A DNA stretch of 64,000 nucleotides. Origin: Amphiscolops sp. MND2022. Taxonomy: Eukaryota. A program made the position numbers and the translations under genes. Positions 9,193 to 22,000 of this stretch are shown here, in pieces (the first letter of the stretch is position 1; the number at the start of each line of letters is the position of its first letter). Location: assembly GCA_964187785.1 (NCBI GenBank), contig OZ076409.1:71116001-71180000 (forward strand), given 5' to 3'. The notes below the pieces were generated by a model. It saw nothing but the letters and a program-made list of their open reading frames with translations, did not search any database and was not told the origin of the DNA.

Positions 9193-11768
9193 CCGGTGTA
9201 TTTTTACACAATGGGGGATGTTGCGCGTGTGGGGAGGGTCCCTGACGCGCTCCCGGGATTTCGGGTCTTCTAACCTATGATAGCGTGACACCTGACTTCG
9301 ATCTCGTAAACTAGCCGTACGATTTGGCTGAAATTTGGCACACGTACCCCCCTCGGCACGGTGAAGATGATTTCCTACTGACGTTTTTCCCGCTAAACAT
9401 TTTTTGTTGACCAAAATAACGGTTTTTGGGGTAAAATTTTCAACTTTTTTTAAATTTCATCTTATATCTCGCCACGGGTACACGCTAGCGCTTCCAAACC
9501 TTGCTGACGAAAGTTTGCAAACTGTCTCAGGAATGCTGTGTGAAATTTTCAGCTCAATCGGACTCAAACTTGAGGAGATATAGCGTTTTTCCGGAGCGGG
9601 GGGGTTTCATTTTTCTAACGGTCCAGCTTATCTTTGCCATTTTTTCGAAAATGCACTCGCCTAAAGGCCTCCCCTGGCCGGTTTTATTCCCAGCAAAACC
9701 ATTTGGCCCTAAATACGGAGTTTCAGCGTTCCAGCATTCCTGGGCGAAAAGTTGTGGGACTTAGAAAAGTTCAAAAAATTTCAAAAATTTTTTTTCCGTT
9801 ATTTGGGCCCCCAAAGTGGGGGAAAAGACCCCCCAACCAGTAAAGCAAGTGAATGCATGTGCAAAGCCCTTGTTTAGAGGAGAAAAATGCCGTTTAGAAC
9901 GTCTTTTTATCTTGGCTCAACGTTGACTTATGACGTTTTGAAGGTGATGTTTGGATGTGTAAAGCACGTGAATAGTAAACGTTATGAGTATTTATCTGAT
10001 CTGAAAGCCATTGAGATGCAATATGGTTTGCTCAAAACGTAATTCATGGCAGTTTGGCAATCAATCAACACCCGTTGTCGTTTGACATACTTTTTTGTTG
10101 TTATAAAAAAAATTTTGTGTAATTATTCATTTTTTTCTCATCAAATAACTTGAAACAGTTGAGTACATTCCATCCCCCCTTCCGGGGGAGATGAGAATGT
10201 ACTCGCAAAAAGCTCCGAATTACGGCCCTTACCTTCCCGAGCTACGCAGTATAAGGATTGCATATTGGTTCCGACATTTTCATAGAGTTAAATCTTGGTA
10301 ATCTGTCTGGATATGCAGAAAAATCAGCACGTGCCTTTTAATACCAAGTTGCTTACAACGACAATTATTTTATATCAACGCCCCCATATTTATCAACGCC
10401 CCCCGTCCGTGGGCATGCCGAGGCATGCCCTTCGACGACGTATACCAAGATATGCGTTAACGCGTTAGCCTAGGTGCCGGTGTTTTTTTACACAATGGGG
10501 GAAGTTGCGCGGTTGGGGAGGGTCCCTGACGCGCTCCCGGGATTTCGGATTTTTTAACCTTTACGTACCCATGAAAAATTTTGGGATCTCGAAAACTAGC
10601 CGTACGATTTGGCTGAAATTTGGCACACGTACCCCCCTCGGCACGGTGGAGATGATTCCCTACTGACGTTTTTCCCGCTAAACATTTTTTGTTGACCAAA
10701 ATAACGGTTTTTGGGGTAAAATTTTCAACTTTTTTTAAATTTCATCTTATTTCTCGCCACGGGTTTACGCTACCGCTTCCAAACCTTGCTGACGAAACCT
10801 TGCAAACTGTCTCAGGAATGCGGTGTGAAATTTTCAGCTCAATCGGACTTAAACTCGGGGAGATATAGCGTTTTTCCGGAGCGGGGGGGTTTCATTTTTC
10901 TAACGGTCCAGCTTATCTTTGCCATTTTTTCGAAAATGTACTCGCCTAAAGGCCGCCCCTGGCCGGTTTTATTCCCAGCAAAACCATTTGGCCCTAAATA
11001 CGGAGTTTCAGCGTTCCAGCATTCCCGGGCAAAAAGTTGTGGGACTTAGAAAATTTCAAAAATTTTCAAAAAAATTTTTTTCCGTTATTTGGGCCCCCAA
11101 AGTGGGGGAAAAGACCCCCCAACCAGTAAAGCAAGTGAATGCATGTGCAAAGCCCTTGTTTAGAGGAGAAAAATGCCGTTTAGAACGTCTTTTTATCTTG
11201 GCTCAACGTTGACTTATGACGTTTTGAAGGTGATGTTTGGAGGTGTAAAGCACGTGAATAGTAAACGTTATGAGTATTTATCTGATCTGAAAGCCATTGA
11301 GATGCAATATGGTTTGCTCAAAACGTAATTCAATGCAGTTTGGCAGTCAATCAACACCCTTTGTTGTCGTTTGACATACTTTTTTGTTGTTATAATAAAA
11401 AATTTTGTGTATTTATTCATTTTTTTCTCATCAAATAACTTGAAACAGTTGAGTACATTCCATCCCCCCCTTCCGGGGGAGATGAGAATGTACTCGCAAA
11501 AAGCACCGAACTACGGCCCTTACCTTCCCGAGCTACGCAGTATAAGGATTACATATTGGTTCCGACATTTTCATAGAGTTAAATCTTGGTAATCTGTCTG
11601 GATATGCAGAAAAACCAGCACGTGCTTTTTTATACCAAGTTGCTTACAACGACAATTATTTTTTATCAACGCCCCCATATTTATCAACGCCCCCCGTCCG
11701 TGGGCATGCCGAGGCATGCCCTTCGACGACGTATACCAAGATATACATCGAGCGCGTTAGCCTAGGTG
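9193..11768 (+). repeat. Two tandem class E units (9193-10476, 10477-11768)
   Basis: Near-identical ~1.29-kb bodies. Hairpin at 10161-10204 in copy 1; tails ACCAAGATAT...GTTAGCCTAGGTG. Confidence 0.93.
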
Positions 11769-13038
11769 GCCGGAAATTTTTTTTTTCATCAAAATCTTTG
11801 CCATTGGGGGAGGGGCCCCGGATGGCCAGTAGTACGGCATAGCTCCCTACGGAATCCAGGCAGAAAAAACGTGATTTTGGAAACTAGCCGTCAGAATTTG
11901 CTCAAATTTTGCATACGGCTTCCTATAACAATCCTAAGAACTAATCCCTACTGGCATTTTGCCCAAAAAACGCAAAAAGTTGGTCAAAATCTTAGTTTTT
12001 TGGTCAAAAAATGGCAATTTTTCGAAAAAAAATTTTTTCAGAGACAATTACTCGTAGCTGGTTCCCCCAGCGCAAAAACGCCTAGCTGATTTATTGTTGG
12101 GCACTTCATGAGGAGTGCGTATACAAATTTTCGTCCAAATCGGATAAAAGTTGATTGAGAAATAACTGAAAATTTGAGGCATTTTTTTTGGAAATTTTCG
12201 AAATCCCAGTCTATCTCTGCCGTTTTTTGCCCAGATTTTTTTCCAGACACTCTCCTAAAGACCTCCCCTGGCCGGTTTACCTCCCAGCAAAACCATTTGG
12301 CCCTAAATACGAAGTTTCAGCGTTCTAGCATTCCCGGGCGAAAAGTTGTGGGACTTAGAATAAATTTTTTGAAACGCAAAATGTGTAAAGTCAACTTCAG
12401 GCCTCCTAAAGTCAAGGAACTTTCACACAACTAGGATTGCAAGTGGATGCATGTGGAAAGTGCTTGAATAGACGAGAAAAATTAGCTATTATACGACTCT
12501 GTAGCTAAACCTGACGTTGACTTATGATAATTTTAGTGTGAGCTTCGTATGTGCTTAAAAATGAACAAAACCTAAAAGTCTTTTTAAGGTAATCAGGATA
12601 CGTCCAATCAACCCCGGAGCTGTTATATTGCCGTTGTGTAGTAGAACAACACCATTTAGAGTGTTTTGACCCGTTTTGACAAGTTTTGATACAGTCTTGT
12701 TCATCCAATAGCACAAAAAAGTTGAGTACATTCCGTCTCCCCCCTTGTGGGGGAGATGAGAATGTACTCGCTAAAAGTCAGGTACTATAGCGCCCATTTT
12801 GTTTTTTTTTCGACGCTAGTGATGCTTTTGCACACGAATACAATAGTTTTGTCGAATCATGTTTGACATGATGAATCTTACTTTACCTTTAGTTTACGTT
12901 TACTTTACTACTACATCGCAGCCCTAACGTCAACGCCACATACCCGCATCAACGCCCACCGTCTGTGGGCATGCCGAGGCATGCCCTTCGACGACGTATG
13001 CCAAATAGCGCCACAGGGCGCCCAATTTTGTCTAGGTG
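11769..13038 (+). repeat. Class C unit, copy 2 (1270 bp)
   Basis: Same head (GCCGGAAATTTTTTTTT) and tail type as 2694-3966, but a different upstream neighbour. Confidence 0.92.
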
Positions 13039-16000
13039 CGGGGGGGTAACCCCAACAAATATATTGGAGGATTCGGGTAGGGTCCTGAATCCGATTTTAA
13101 CTCTAATAGCTATCGATAGGAAATCTTGCAAAAATTTCGGGATCTCGTGATCTAACCATAGGATTTTAAAGTTGGAGCGGCCCCCACCAGATTTTCCGAA
13201 AATTAGCGCCCCCCACCGGGTTCCAGCGTGATTGAAATATTTTGACGGGGTACACGGGCGACCGTTAGGGGTCATTTTGGGGGTAAAGTTTATATCCGGT
13301 CGCATAACTTTTTTTCTGTTGATTTAAAACTTTGGAACCCTGCTAAAAGTTTCTTGACCGTGTTGCAGGGGCCCCGAAGGTCCAAACCAAATTTTTCTAT
13401 CTTGAAGCTATCTCCAAGTACCCCCCCCGCTCAAACCGTTATTTTTCCGGAAACGCAGGTTTTTGACCCGGAAGGAGTCGTCTGAGCGCGGGGTCGTTAG
13501 GTGATGTATTGGGGACGGCCTTGAGACGAAGTGGGGGACAAGTAGTTTGCCAACCTCAATCTACCCCCCGGACGGGAAATGACCGTTATATGAGCGTGAA
13601 AAATGCCCCCCTCCACGTTTTACCGCTATTTCCGGTGTGAAGGAGTGGGAGTAGCGCGTCGGGTGTTATATAACAAAAGTAGGTTTAGACAAGGACCTAT
13701 CGGAAACATGTAGTTTGAGACCCCCTGGACCAACCCGTTAGCGGGAAATGGGGCTTCCGCCTCCTTTTTTTAGTGCTAAAACCGTAAAATGGGCATTGAG
13801 GGGTAAATATCTCGTGAACGCGTGGAGCAATCGTGTCCATCACTACTACAAGGTTTCATACCCATGATATGGTGCCTTCAGGGGGGCAAACAGATTTCCG
13901 CTATCTATCACCGTTACCGACTTGGCCCCCCAGCCTAACCGCTATGTGACCGGAAATGTCACTTTTTGAGCCCAAAGGGTCGGTCCCAGCCGGGGAACGT
14001 CAGGTAACTTATTGTAGTACTCAATGAGACGAGTTGGGGGATATAGTTTCAGTCACCCCCCGTTACCCCTTGGGACCGGAAATGACCGTTATGTGGGTAA
14101 AATTGCAATTTTTATACTTTTTCAAGTGTATTTAGGTGCGGAAGGAGTGGTAATAGGTGCTTGGACACTATATGAGGTAAGGGAGGACGTGAGGCGAGCA
14201 TTCAGACATAACCGTTATGTTGACCCTAAAGTCCCCCTGGTACCGTAAACGACCGGAAATGGTCAAATTTTGTGTCTATTGGGTACAAATGTTTGGTATT
14301 TTGTAAATGAAAGTATCTATTAGGTGTTTCGACGGTTTGCAGTAGTGAACATAGTCATGAAACCTTGTGGGGGTAACGGTATATAGCACCGGAAATCCGA
14401 ACCGTTGGAGACAGGATAGGTTTTTTGGTTTTAAAATGTCTTTCGGCGTACTTTTGTCGACTATTATGGACTATTTTTGAAAATTAAAGTTTTTCCATAT
14501 AGTTTCAGAGACTCCGAAACCTCAACCAACATAACCGTTACCTTATGATAGCCTTTCAAGTTGGCCTGGTGTCAACTTGGAAGGGCTATCCTTCAAAAAT
14601 CATTAATCAAGTGTGTTTTTAGGTATGTTTTTATCATTTTAGAATCAATTAGAGCTCCAAGAAAAGTTTGCCAACGACAAAAACTATGTCGTGATGATTC
14701 CGTTATTAGAATGATGGTTAACAAAATGTTGATAAAGTTGATTTTTTACAATTCAAATGTGTCCTAAAAGCCAGAAATCCTCTTTACCAAAAAATGGTAT
14801 TGATTGAATTGTATATAACAAGTAATAAAAGTTCAAATTGATTATTACGTTTCATTATTCAAGCTAAAACTTCATAACATAGTTTAATTAACGTCAACGC
14901 CACACACTTTACATCAACGCCCACCGTCTGTGGGCATGCCGAGGCATGCCCTTCGACGACATATACCAAATACATACCCAAACGACGCCCGTACATCCCG
15001 GGCTAGGTGCGGGGGGGAAACCCCAACAAAATTTTTGGAGGATTCGGGTAGGGTCCTGAATCCGAGTTCAGTGCTGCCAGCTTTCGTTAAGAAAATTTGG
15101 ATAGGATTCGGGATCTCGTGATCTAACCATAGGATTTTAAAGTTGGAGCGGCCCCCACCAGATTTTCCGAAAATTAGCGCCCCCCACCGGGTTCCATACC
15201 CCGGAAAATTTTTTTCTGGCCACACGGGCGACCGTTAGGGGGTCATTTTAGGGGTAAAATTCATATTGGGCCACATAACTTTTTTTCTGTTGATTTAAAA
15301 CTTTGGGACCCTGCTAAAAGTTTCTTGGCCGTGTTGCAGGGGCCCCGGAGGTCCAAACCAAATTTTTCTATCTTGAAGCTATCTCCAAGTACCCCCCCGC
15401 CCAAAACGTTATTTTTCCGGAAACGCAGGTTTTTGACCCGGAAGGAGTCGTCTGAGCGCGGGGTCGTTAGGTGATGTTTTGGGGACGGCCTTGAGACGAA
15501 GTGGGGGACATGTAGTTTGCCGACCCCAGTTTACCCCCCGGACAGGAAATGACCGTTATTTGAGCGGGAAAAATGCCCCCTTCCACGTTTTACCGCTATT
15601 TCCGGTGTGAAGGAGTGGGAGTAGCGCGTCGGGTGCCATATATCAAAAGTAGGTTCAGACAAGGACCTATCGGAAACATGTAGTTTGGGACCCCCTGGAC
15701 CAACCCGTTAGCGAGAAATGGGGCTTCCGGCCCGTTTTTTTACGGTTAAAAACGGAAAATGTGCATTGAGGGGTAAATATCTCGTGAACGCGTGGAGCTA
15801 CGGTGTCCATCACTACTACAAAGTTTCATACCCATGATATGGTGCCTTCAGGGGGGCAAACAGATTTCCGCTATCTATCACCGTTACGGACTTGGCCCCC
15901 CAGCCTAACCGCTATGTGACCGGAAATGTCACTTTTTGAGCCCAAAGGGTCGGTCTCAGCCAGGGAACGTTAGGTAACTTATTGTAGTACTCATTGAGAC

Positions 16001-19000
16001 GAGTTGGGGGATACAGTTTCAGTCACCCCCCGTTACCCCTTGGGACCGGAAATGACCGTTATGTGGGTAAAATTGCAATTTTTGTGCTTTTTCGAGGGCA
16101 TATAGGTGCGGAAGGAGTGGTAATAGGTGCTTGGACACTATATGAAGGAAGGGAGGACGTGAGGCGAGCATTCGAAAATAACCGTTATGTTGACCCCAAA
16201 GTCCCCCTGGTACCGGAAGTGACCCGTAACGGTCAAATTTTGTGTTTTTAGGGTACAAATGATTAGAATTTTATGGAAAAAAGTACCTGGTCGGTGTTTC
16301 AACGGCTTGCAGTAGTGAACATAGTCATGAAACCTTGTGGGGGGTAACGGTATATAGCACCGGAAGTCCAAACCGTTGGAGACAGGATAGGTATTTTGGT
16401 TTTAAAATGCCTATAAGCGTACTTTTGTGGGTTGAATCTTTTCAATATCGACTAATTTGGATAGTTTTTTGACATTGAAGGTTTTTTCAATAGTTTCAGG
16501 GACCTCCAATGCTTCAATCAACATAACCGTTACCTTATGATAGCCTTTCAAGTTGGCCTGGTGTCAACTTGGAAGGGCTATCCTTCGAAAATCGTAATTC
16601 AAGTGTGTTTTTGAGTACGTTTTTATTACTTTAATATCAATTAGAGCCTAATCATTAGTTTGCCAACGACAAAAACTATGACGTGATGATACCGTTAGTA
16701 GAAGAATAGTTAACAATTTGTTGACAAAATTGATTTTTTGCATTTTAAATGTTTCCTAATTGCCAGGAAAACAATTTATCTAATGAATGGTACTGATTGA
16801 ACCCAAGTATCATTTGAAAAAAAGTTAAACATTGTTTTTTCGTTTCATTATGGAAGCTGAAACCTCACGTTTTAACTTAATTAACGTCAACGCCACATAC
16901 TTTACATCAACGCCCACCGTCTGTGGGCATGCCGAGGCATGCCCTTCGACGACGTATACCAATTACATATATATCTACACCCACCCGCGGTAGCAGCTAG
17001 GTGCGGGGGGGTAACCCCAACAAATATATTGGAGGATTCGGGTAGGGTCCTGAATCCGATTTTAACTCTAATAGCTATCGATAGGAAATCTTGCAAAAAT
17101 TTCGGGATCTCGTGATCTAACCATAGGATTTTAAAGTTGGAGCGGCCCCCACCAGATTTTCCGAAAATTAGCGCCCCCCACCGGGTTCCAGCGTGATTGA
17201 AATATTTTGACGGGGTACACGGGCGACCGTTAGGGGTCATTTTGGGGGTAAAATTTATATCCGGTCGCATAACTTTTTTTCTGTTGATTTAAAACTTTGG
17301 AACCCTGCTAAAAGTTTCTTGACCGTGTTGCAGGGGCCCCGAAGGTCCAAACCAAATTTTTCTATCTTGAAGCTATCTCCAAGTACCCCCCCGCTCAAAC
17401 CGTTATTTTTCCGGAAACGCAGGTTTTTGACCCGGAAGGAGTCGTCTGAGCGCGGGGTCGTTCGGTGATGTATTGGGGACGGCCTTGAGACGAAGTGGGG
17501 GACAAGTAGTTTGCCAACCTCAATTTACCCCCCGGACGGGAAATGACCGTTATATGAGCGTGAAAAATGCCCCCCTCCACGTTTTACCGCTATTTCCGGT
17601 GTGAAGGAGTGGGAGTAGCGCGTCGGGTGTTATATAACAAAAGTAGGTTTAGACAAGGACCTATCGGAAACATGTAGTTTGGGACCCCCTGGACCAACCC
17701 GTTAGCGGGAAATGGGGCTTCCGCCTCCTTTTTTTAGTGCTAAAACCGTAAAATGGGCATTGAGGGGTAAATATCTCGTGAACGCGTGGAGCAATCGTGT
17801 CCATCACTACTACAAGGTTTCATACCCATGATATGGTGCCTTCAGGGGGGCAAACAGATTTCCGCTATCTATCACCGTTACCGACTTGGCCCCCCAGCCT
17901 AACCGCTATGTGACCGGAAATGTCACTTTTTGAGCCCAAAGGGTCGGTCCCAGCCGGGGAACGTCAGGTAACTTATTGTAGTACTCAATGAGACGAGTTG
18001 GGGGATGTAGTTTCAGTCACCCCCCGTTACCCCTTGGGACCGGAAATGACCGTTATGTGGGTAAAATTGCAATTTTTATACTTTTTCAAGTGTATTTAGG
18101 TGCGGAAGGAGTGGTAATAGGTGCTTGGACACTATATGAGGTAAGGGAGGACGTGAGGCGAGCATTCGGAAATAACCGTTATGTTGACCCTAAAGTCCCC
18201 CTGGTACCGTAAACGACCGGAAATGGTCAAATTTTGTGTCTATTGGGTACAAATGTTTTGTATTTTGTAGATAAAAGTATCTATTAGGTGTTTCGACGGT
18301 CTACAGTAGTGAACATAGTCATGAAACCTTGTGGGGGGTAACGGTATATAGCACCGGAAGTCAAACCGTTGGAGACAGGATAGGTTTTTTGGTTTTAAAA
18401 TGTCTTTCGGCGTAATTTTTTCGACTCTTGTGGACTATTTTTAAAAATTAAAGTTTTTCCATATAGTTTCAGAGACTCCGAAACCTCAACCAACATAACC
18501 GTTACCTTATGATAGCCTTTCAAGTTGGCCTGGTGTCAACTTGGAAGCGCTATCCTTCTGAAATCGTTAATCAAGAGTGTTTTTGGGTAGGTATATATTG
18601 CATTAGTACCAATTAGAGCTTCATCAACAGTGTATCAACGACAAAAACTATGCCGTCATGATTCCATTATTAGAATCATAGTGAGCAAATTGTTGAAAAA
18701 AATGGTTTTTTCCATACAAAATGTGTCCTAAATGCCAGGAAACCTATTTACCTAACAAATGGTATTAATTGGAATGTTTGTAACAGATTTATAAAAGTTC
18801 AAATTGAATATTACATTTCATTATGGAAGCTGAAACGTCATATTTTAGTTTAATTAACGTCAACGCCACACACTTTACATCAACGCACACCGTCTGTGGG
18901 CATGCCGAGGCATGCCCTTCGACGACGTATGACAAATCCTTATCAAACGACGCCCGTACATCCCGGGCTAGGTGCGGGGGGGAAACCCCATCCCTTATCT

Positions 19001-22000
19001 TGGAGGATTCGGGTAGGGTCCTGAATCCGAGTTCAGTGCCGCCAGCTCTCAGTAGAAATCTGGGCATTTTTTTGCGATCTCGTGATCTAACCATAGGATT
19101 TTAAAGTTGGAGCGGCCCCCACCAGATTTTCCAAAGTTATTCGCCCCCCACCGGGTTCCAGCGTGATTGAAATATTTTGACGGGGTACACGGGCGACCGT
19201 TAGGGGTCATTTTGGGGGTAAAATTTATATCCGGTCGCATAACTTTTTTCCTGTTGGATTAAAACTTTGGGACCCTGCTAAAAGTTTCTTGACCGTGTTG
19301 CGGGGGCTCCGGAGGTCCAAACCAAATTTTTCTATCTTGAAGCTATCTCCAAGTACCCCCCCGCCCAAACCGTTATTTTTCCGGAAACGCAGGTTTTTGA
19401 CCCGGAAGGAGTCGTCTGAGCGCGGGGTCGTTAGGTGATGTATTGGGGACGGCCTTGAGACGAAGCGGGGGATATATAGTTTGCCGACCCCAGTTTACCC
19501 CCCGGACGGGAAATGACCGTTATATGAGCGGGAAAAATGCCCCCCTCCACGTTTTACCGCTATTTCCGGTGTGAAGGAGTGGGAGTAGCGCTTCGGGTGC
19601 CATATATCAAAAATAAGTTTAGACAAGGACCTATCGGAAACATGTAGTTTGGGACCCCCTGGACCAACCCGTTAGCGGGAAATGGGGCTTCCGCCTCCTT
19701 TTTTTACTGCTAAAACCGTAAAATGGGCATTGAGGGGTAAATATCTCGTGAACGCGTGGAGCAATCGTGTCCATCACTACTACAAGGTTTCATACCCATG
19801 ATATGGTGCCTTCAGGGGGGCAAACAGATTTCCGCTATCTATCACCGTTACCGACTTGGCCCCCAGCCTAACCGCTATGTGACCGGAAATGTCACTTTTT
19901 GAGCCCAAAGGGTCGGTCCCAGCCGGGGAACGTTAGGTAACTTATTGTAGTACTCAATGAGACGAGTTGGGGGATATAGTTTCAGTCAACCCCCGTTACC
20001 CCTTGGGACCGGAAATGACCGTTATGTGGGTAAATTTGCAATTTTTATACTCTTTGAAGTGTATTTAGGTGCGGAAGGAGTGGTAATAGGTGCTTGGACA
20101 CTATATGATGTAATGGAGGTCGTGAGGAGAGCATTCGGAAATAACCGTTATATTGACCCCAAAGTCCCCCTCGTACCGTTAACGACCGGAAATGGCCAAA
20201 TTTTGTGTCTATTGGGTACAAATGTTTGGTATTTTATGGATAAAAGTACCTGGAAGGTGTTTTAAAGGCCTCCAGAAGTGAACATAGTCATGAAACCTTG
20301 TGGGGGGTAACGTTATATAGCACCGGAAGTCCAAACCGTTGGTCACAGAATAGGTTTTTTGGTTTCAAAATGTCTTTAGGCATAGTTTTGTGGGTTGAAT
20401 CGTCATAATATCAACTAATACGGACTTTTTTCGGAAATAAAATTTTTTCACATTAGTTTCAGGGACCTCCAATGCTTCAGTCAACATAACCGTTACATTT
20501 TGATAGCCTTTCAAGTTGACCTGGTGTCAACTTGGAAGGGCTATCCTTCTAAAATCGTTAATCAAGAGTGTTTTTGGGTAGGTATATGTTGCATTAGTAC
20601 CAATTAGAGCTTCATCAACAGTTTGCCAACGGCAAAAACGATGTCGTGATAATTCCGTTATAAAAATATTAGTTAACAAATTGTTTTCAAAGTTGATTTT
20701 TTCCATTAAAAATGTGTCCTAATGCCACCAAATTGAATAAAATAATAAATGGTATTGACTAAAACTAAATAACAATGAAAAAGAAGATCAACATTTTTAT
20801 TAGGTCTCATTATGGAAGCTGAAACCTCACGTTTTAGTTTAATTAACGTCAACGCCACATACTTTACATCAACGCCCACCGTCTGTGGGCATGCCGAGGC
20901 ATGCCCTTCGACGACGTATACCAAACAACCTCCATATCTACACCCACCCGCGGTAGCAGCTAGGTGCGGGGGGGTAACCCCAACAAATATATTGGAGGAT
21001 TCGGGTAGGGTCCTGAATCCGATTTTAACTCTAATAGCTATCGATAGGAAATCTTGCAAAAATTTCGGGATCTCGTGATCTAACCATAGGATTTTAAAGT
21101 TGGAGCGGCCCCCACCAGATTTTCCAAAATTATTCGCCCCCCACCGGGTTCCAGCGTGATTGAAATATTTTGTCGGGGTACACGGGCGACCGTTAGGGGT
21201 CATTTTGGGGGTAAAATTTATATAATGTCCCATAACTTTTTTCCTGTTGGATTAAAACTTTGGGACCCTGCTAAAAGTTTCTTGACCGTGTTGCGGGGGC
21301 TCCGGAGGTCCAAACCAAATTTTTCTATCTTGAAGCTATCTCCAAGTACCCCCCCGCCCAAACCGTTATTTTTCCGGAAACGCAGGTTTTTGACCCGGAA
21401 GGAGTCGTCTGAGCGCGGGGTCGTTAGGTGATGTATTGGGGACGGCTTCGAGACGAAGCGGGGGACGTGTAGTTTGCCGACCCCAGTTTACCCCCCGGAC
21501 GGGAAATGACCGTTATTTGAGCGGGAAAAATGTCCCCCTCCACGTTTTACCGCTATTTCCGGTGTGAAGGAGTGGGAGTAGCGCGTCGGGTGTTATATAA
21601 CAAAAGTAGGTTTAGACAAGGACCTATCGGAAACATGTAGTTTGGGACCCTCTGGACCAACCCGTTAGCGGGAAATGGCGCTTCCGCTTCCTTTTTTTAC
21701 TGCTAAAACCGTAAAATGGGCATTGAGGGGTAAATATCTCGTGAACGCGTGGAGCAATCGTGTCCATCACTACTACAAGGTTTCATACCCATGATATGGT
21801 GCCTTCAGGGGGGCAAACAGATTTCCGCTATCTATCACCGTTACCGACTTGGCCCCCCAGCCTAACCGCTATGTGACCGGAAATGTCACTTTTTGAGCCC
21901 AAAGGGTCGGTCCCAGCCGGGGAACGTTAGGTAACTTATTGTAGTACTCAATGAGACGAGTTGGGGGATATAGTTTCAGTCACCCCCCGTTACCCCTTGG

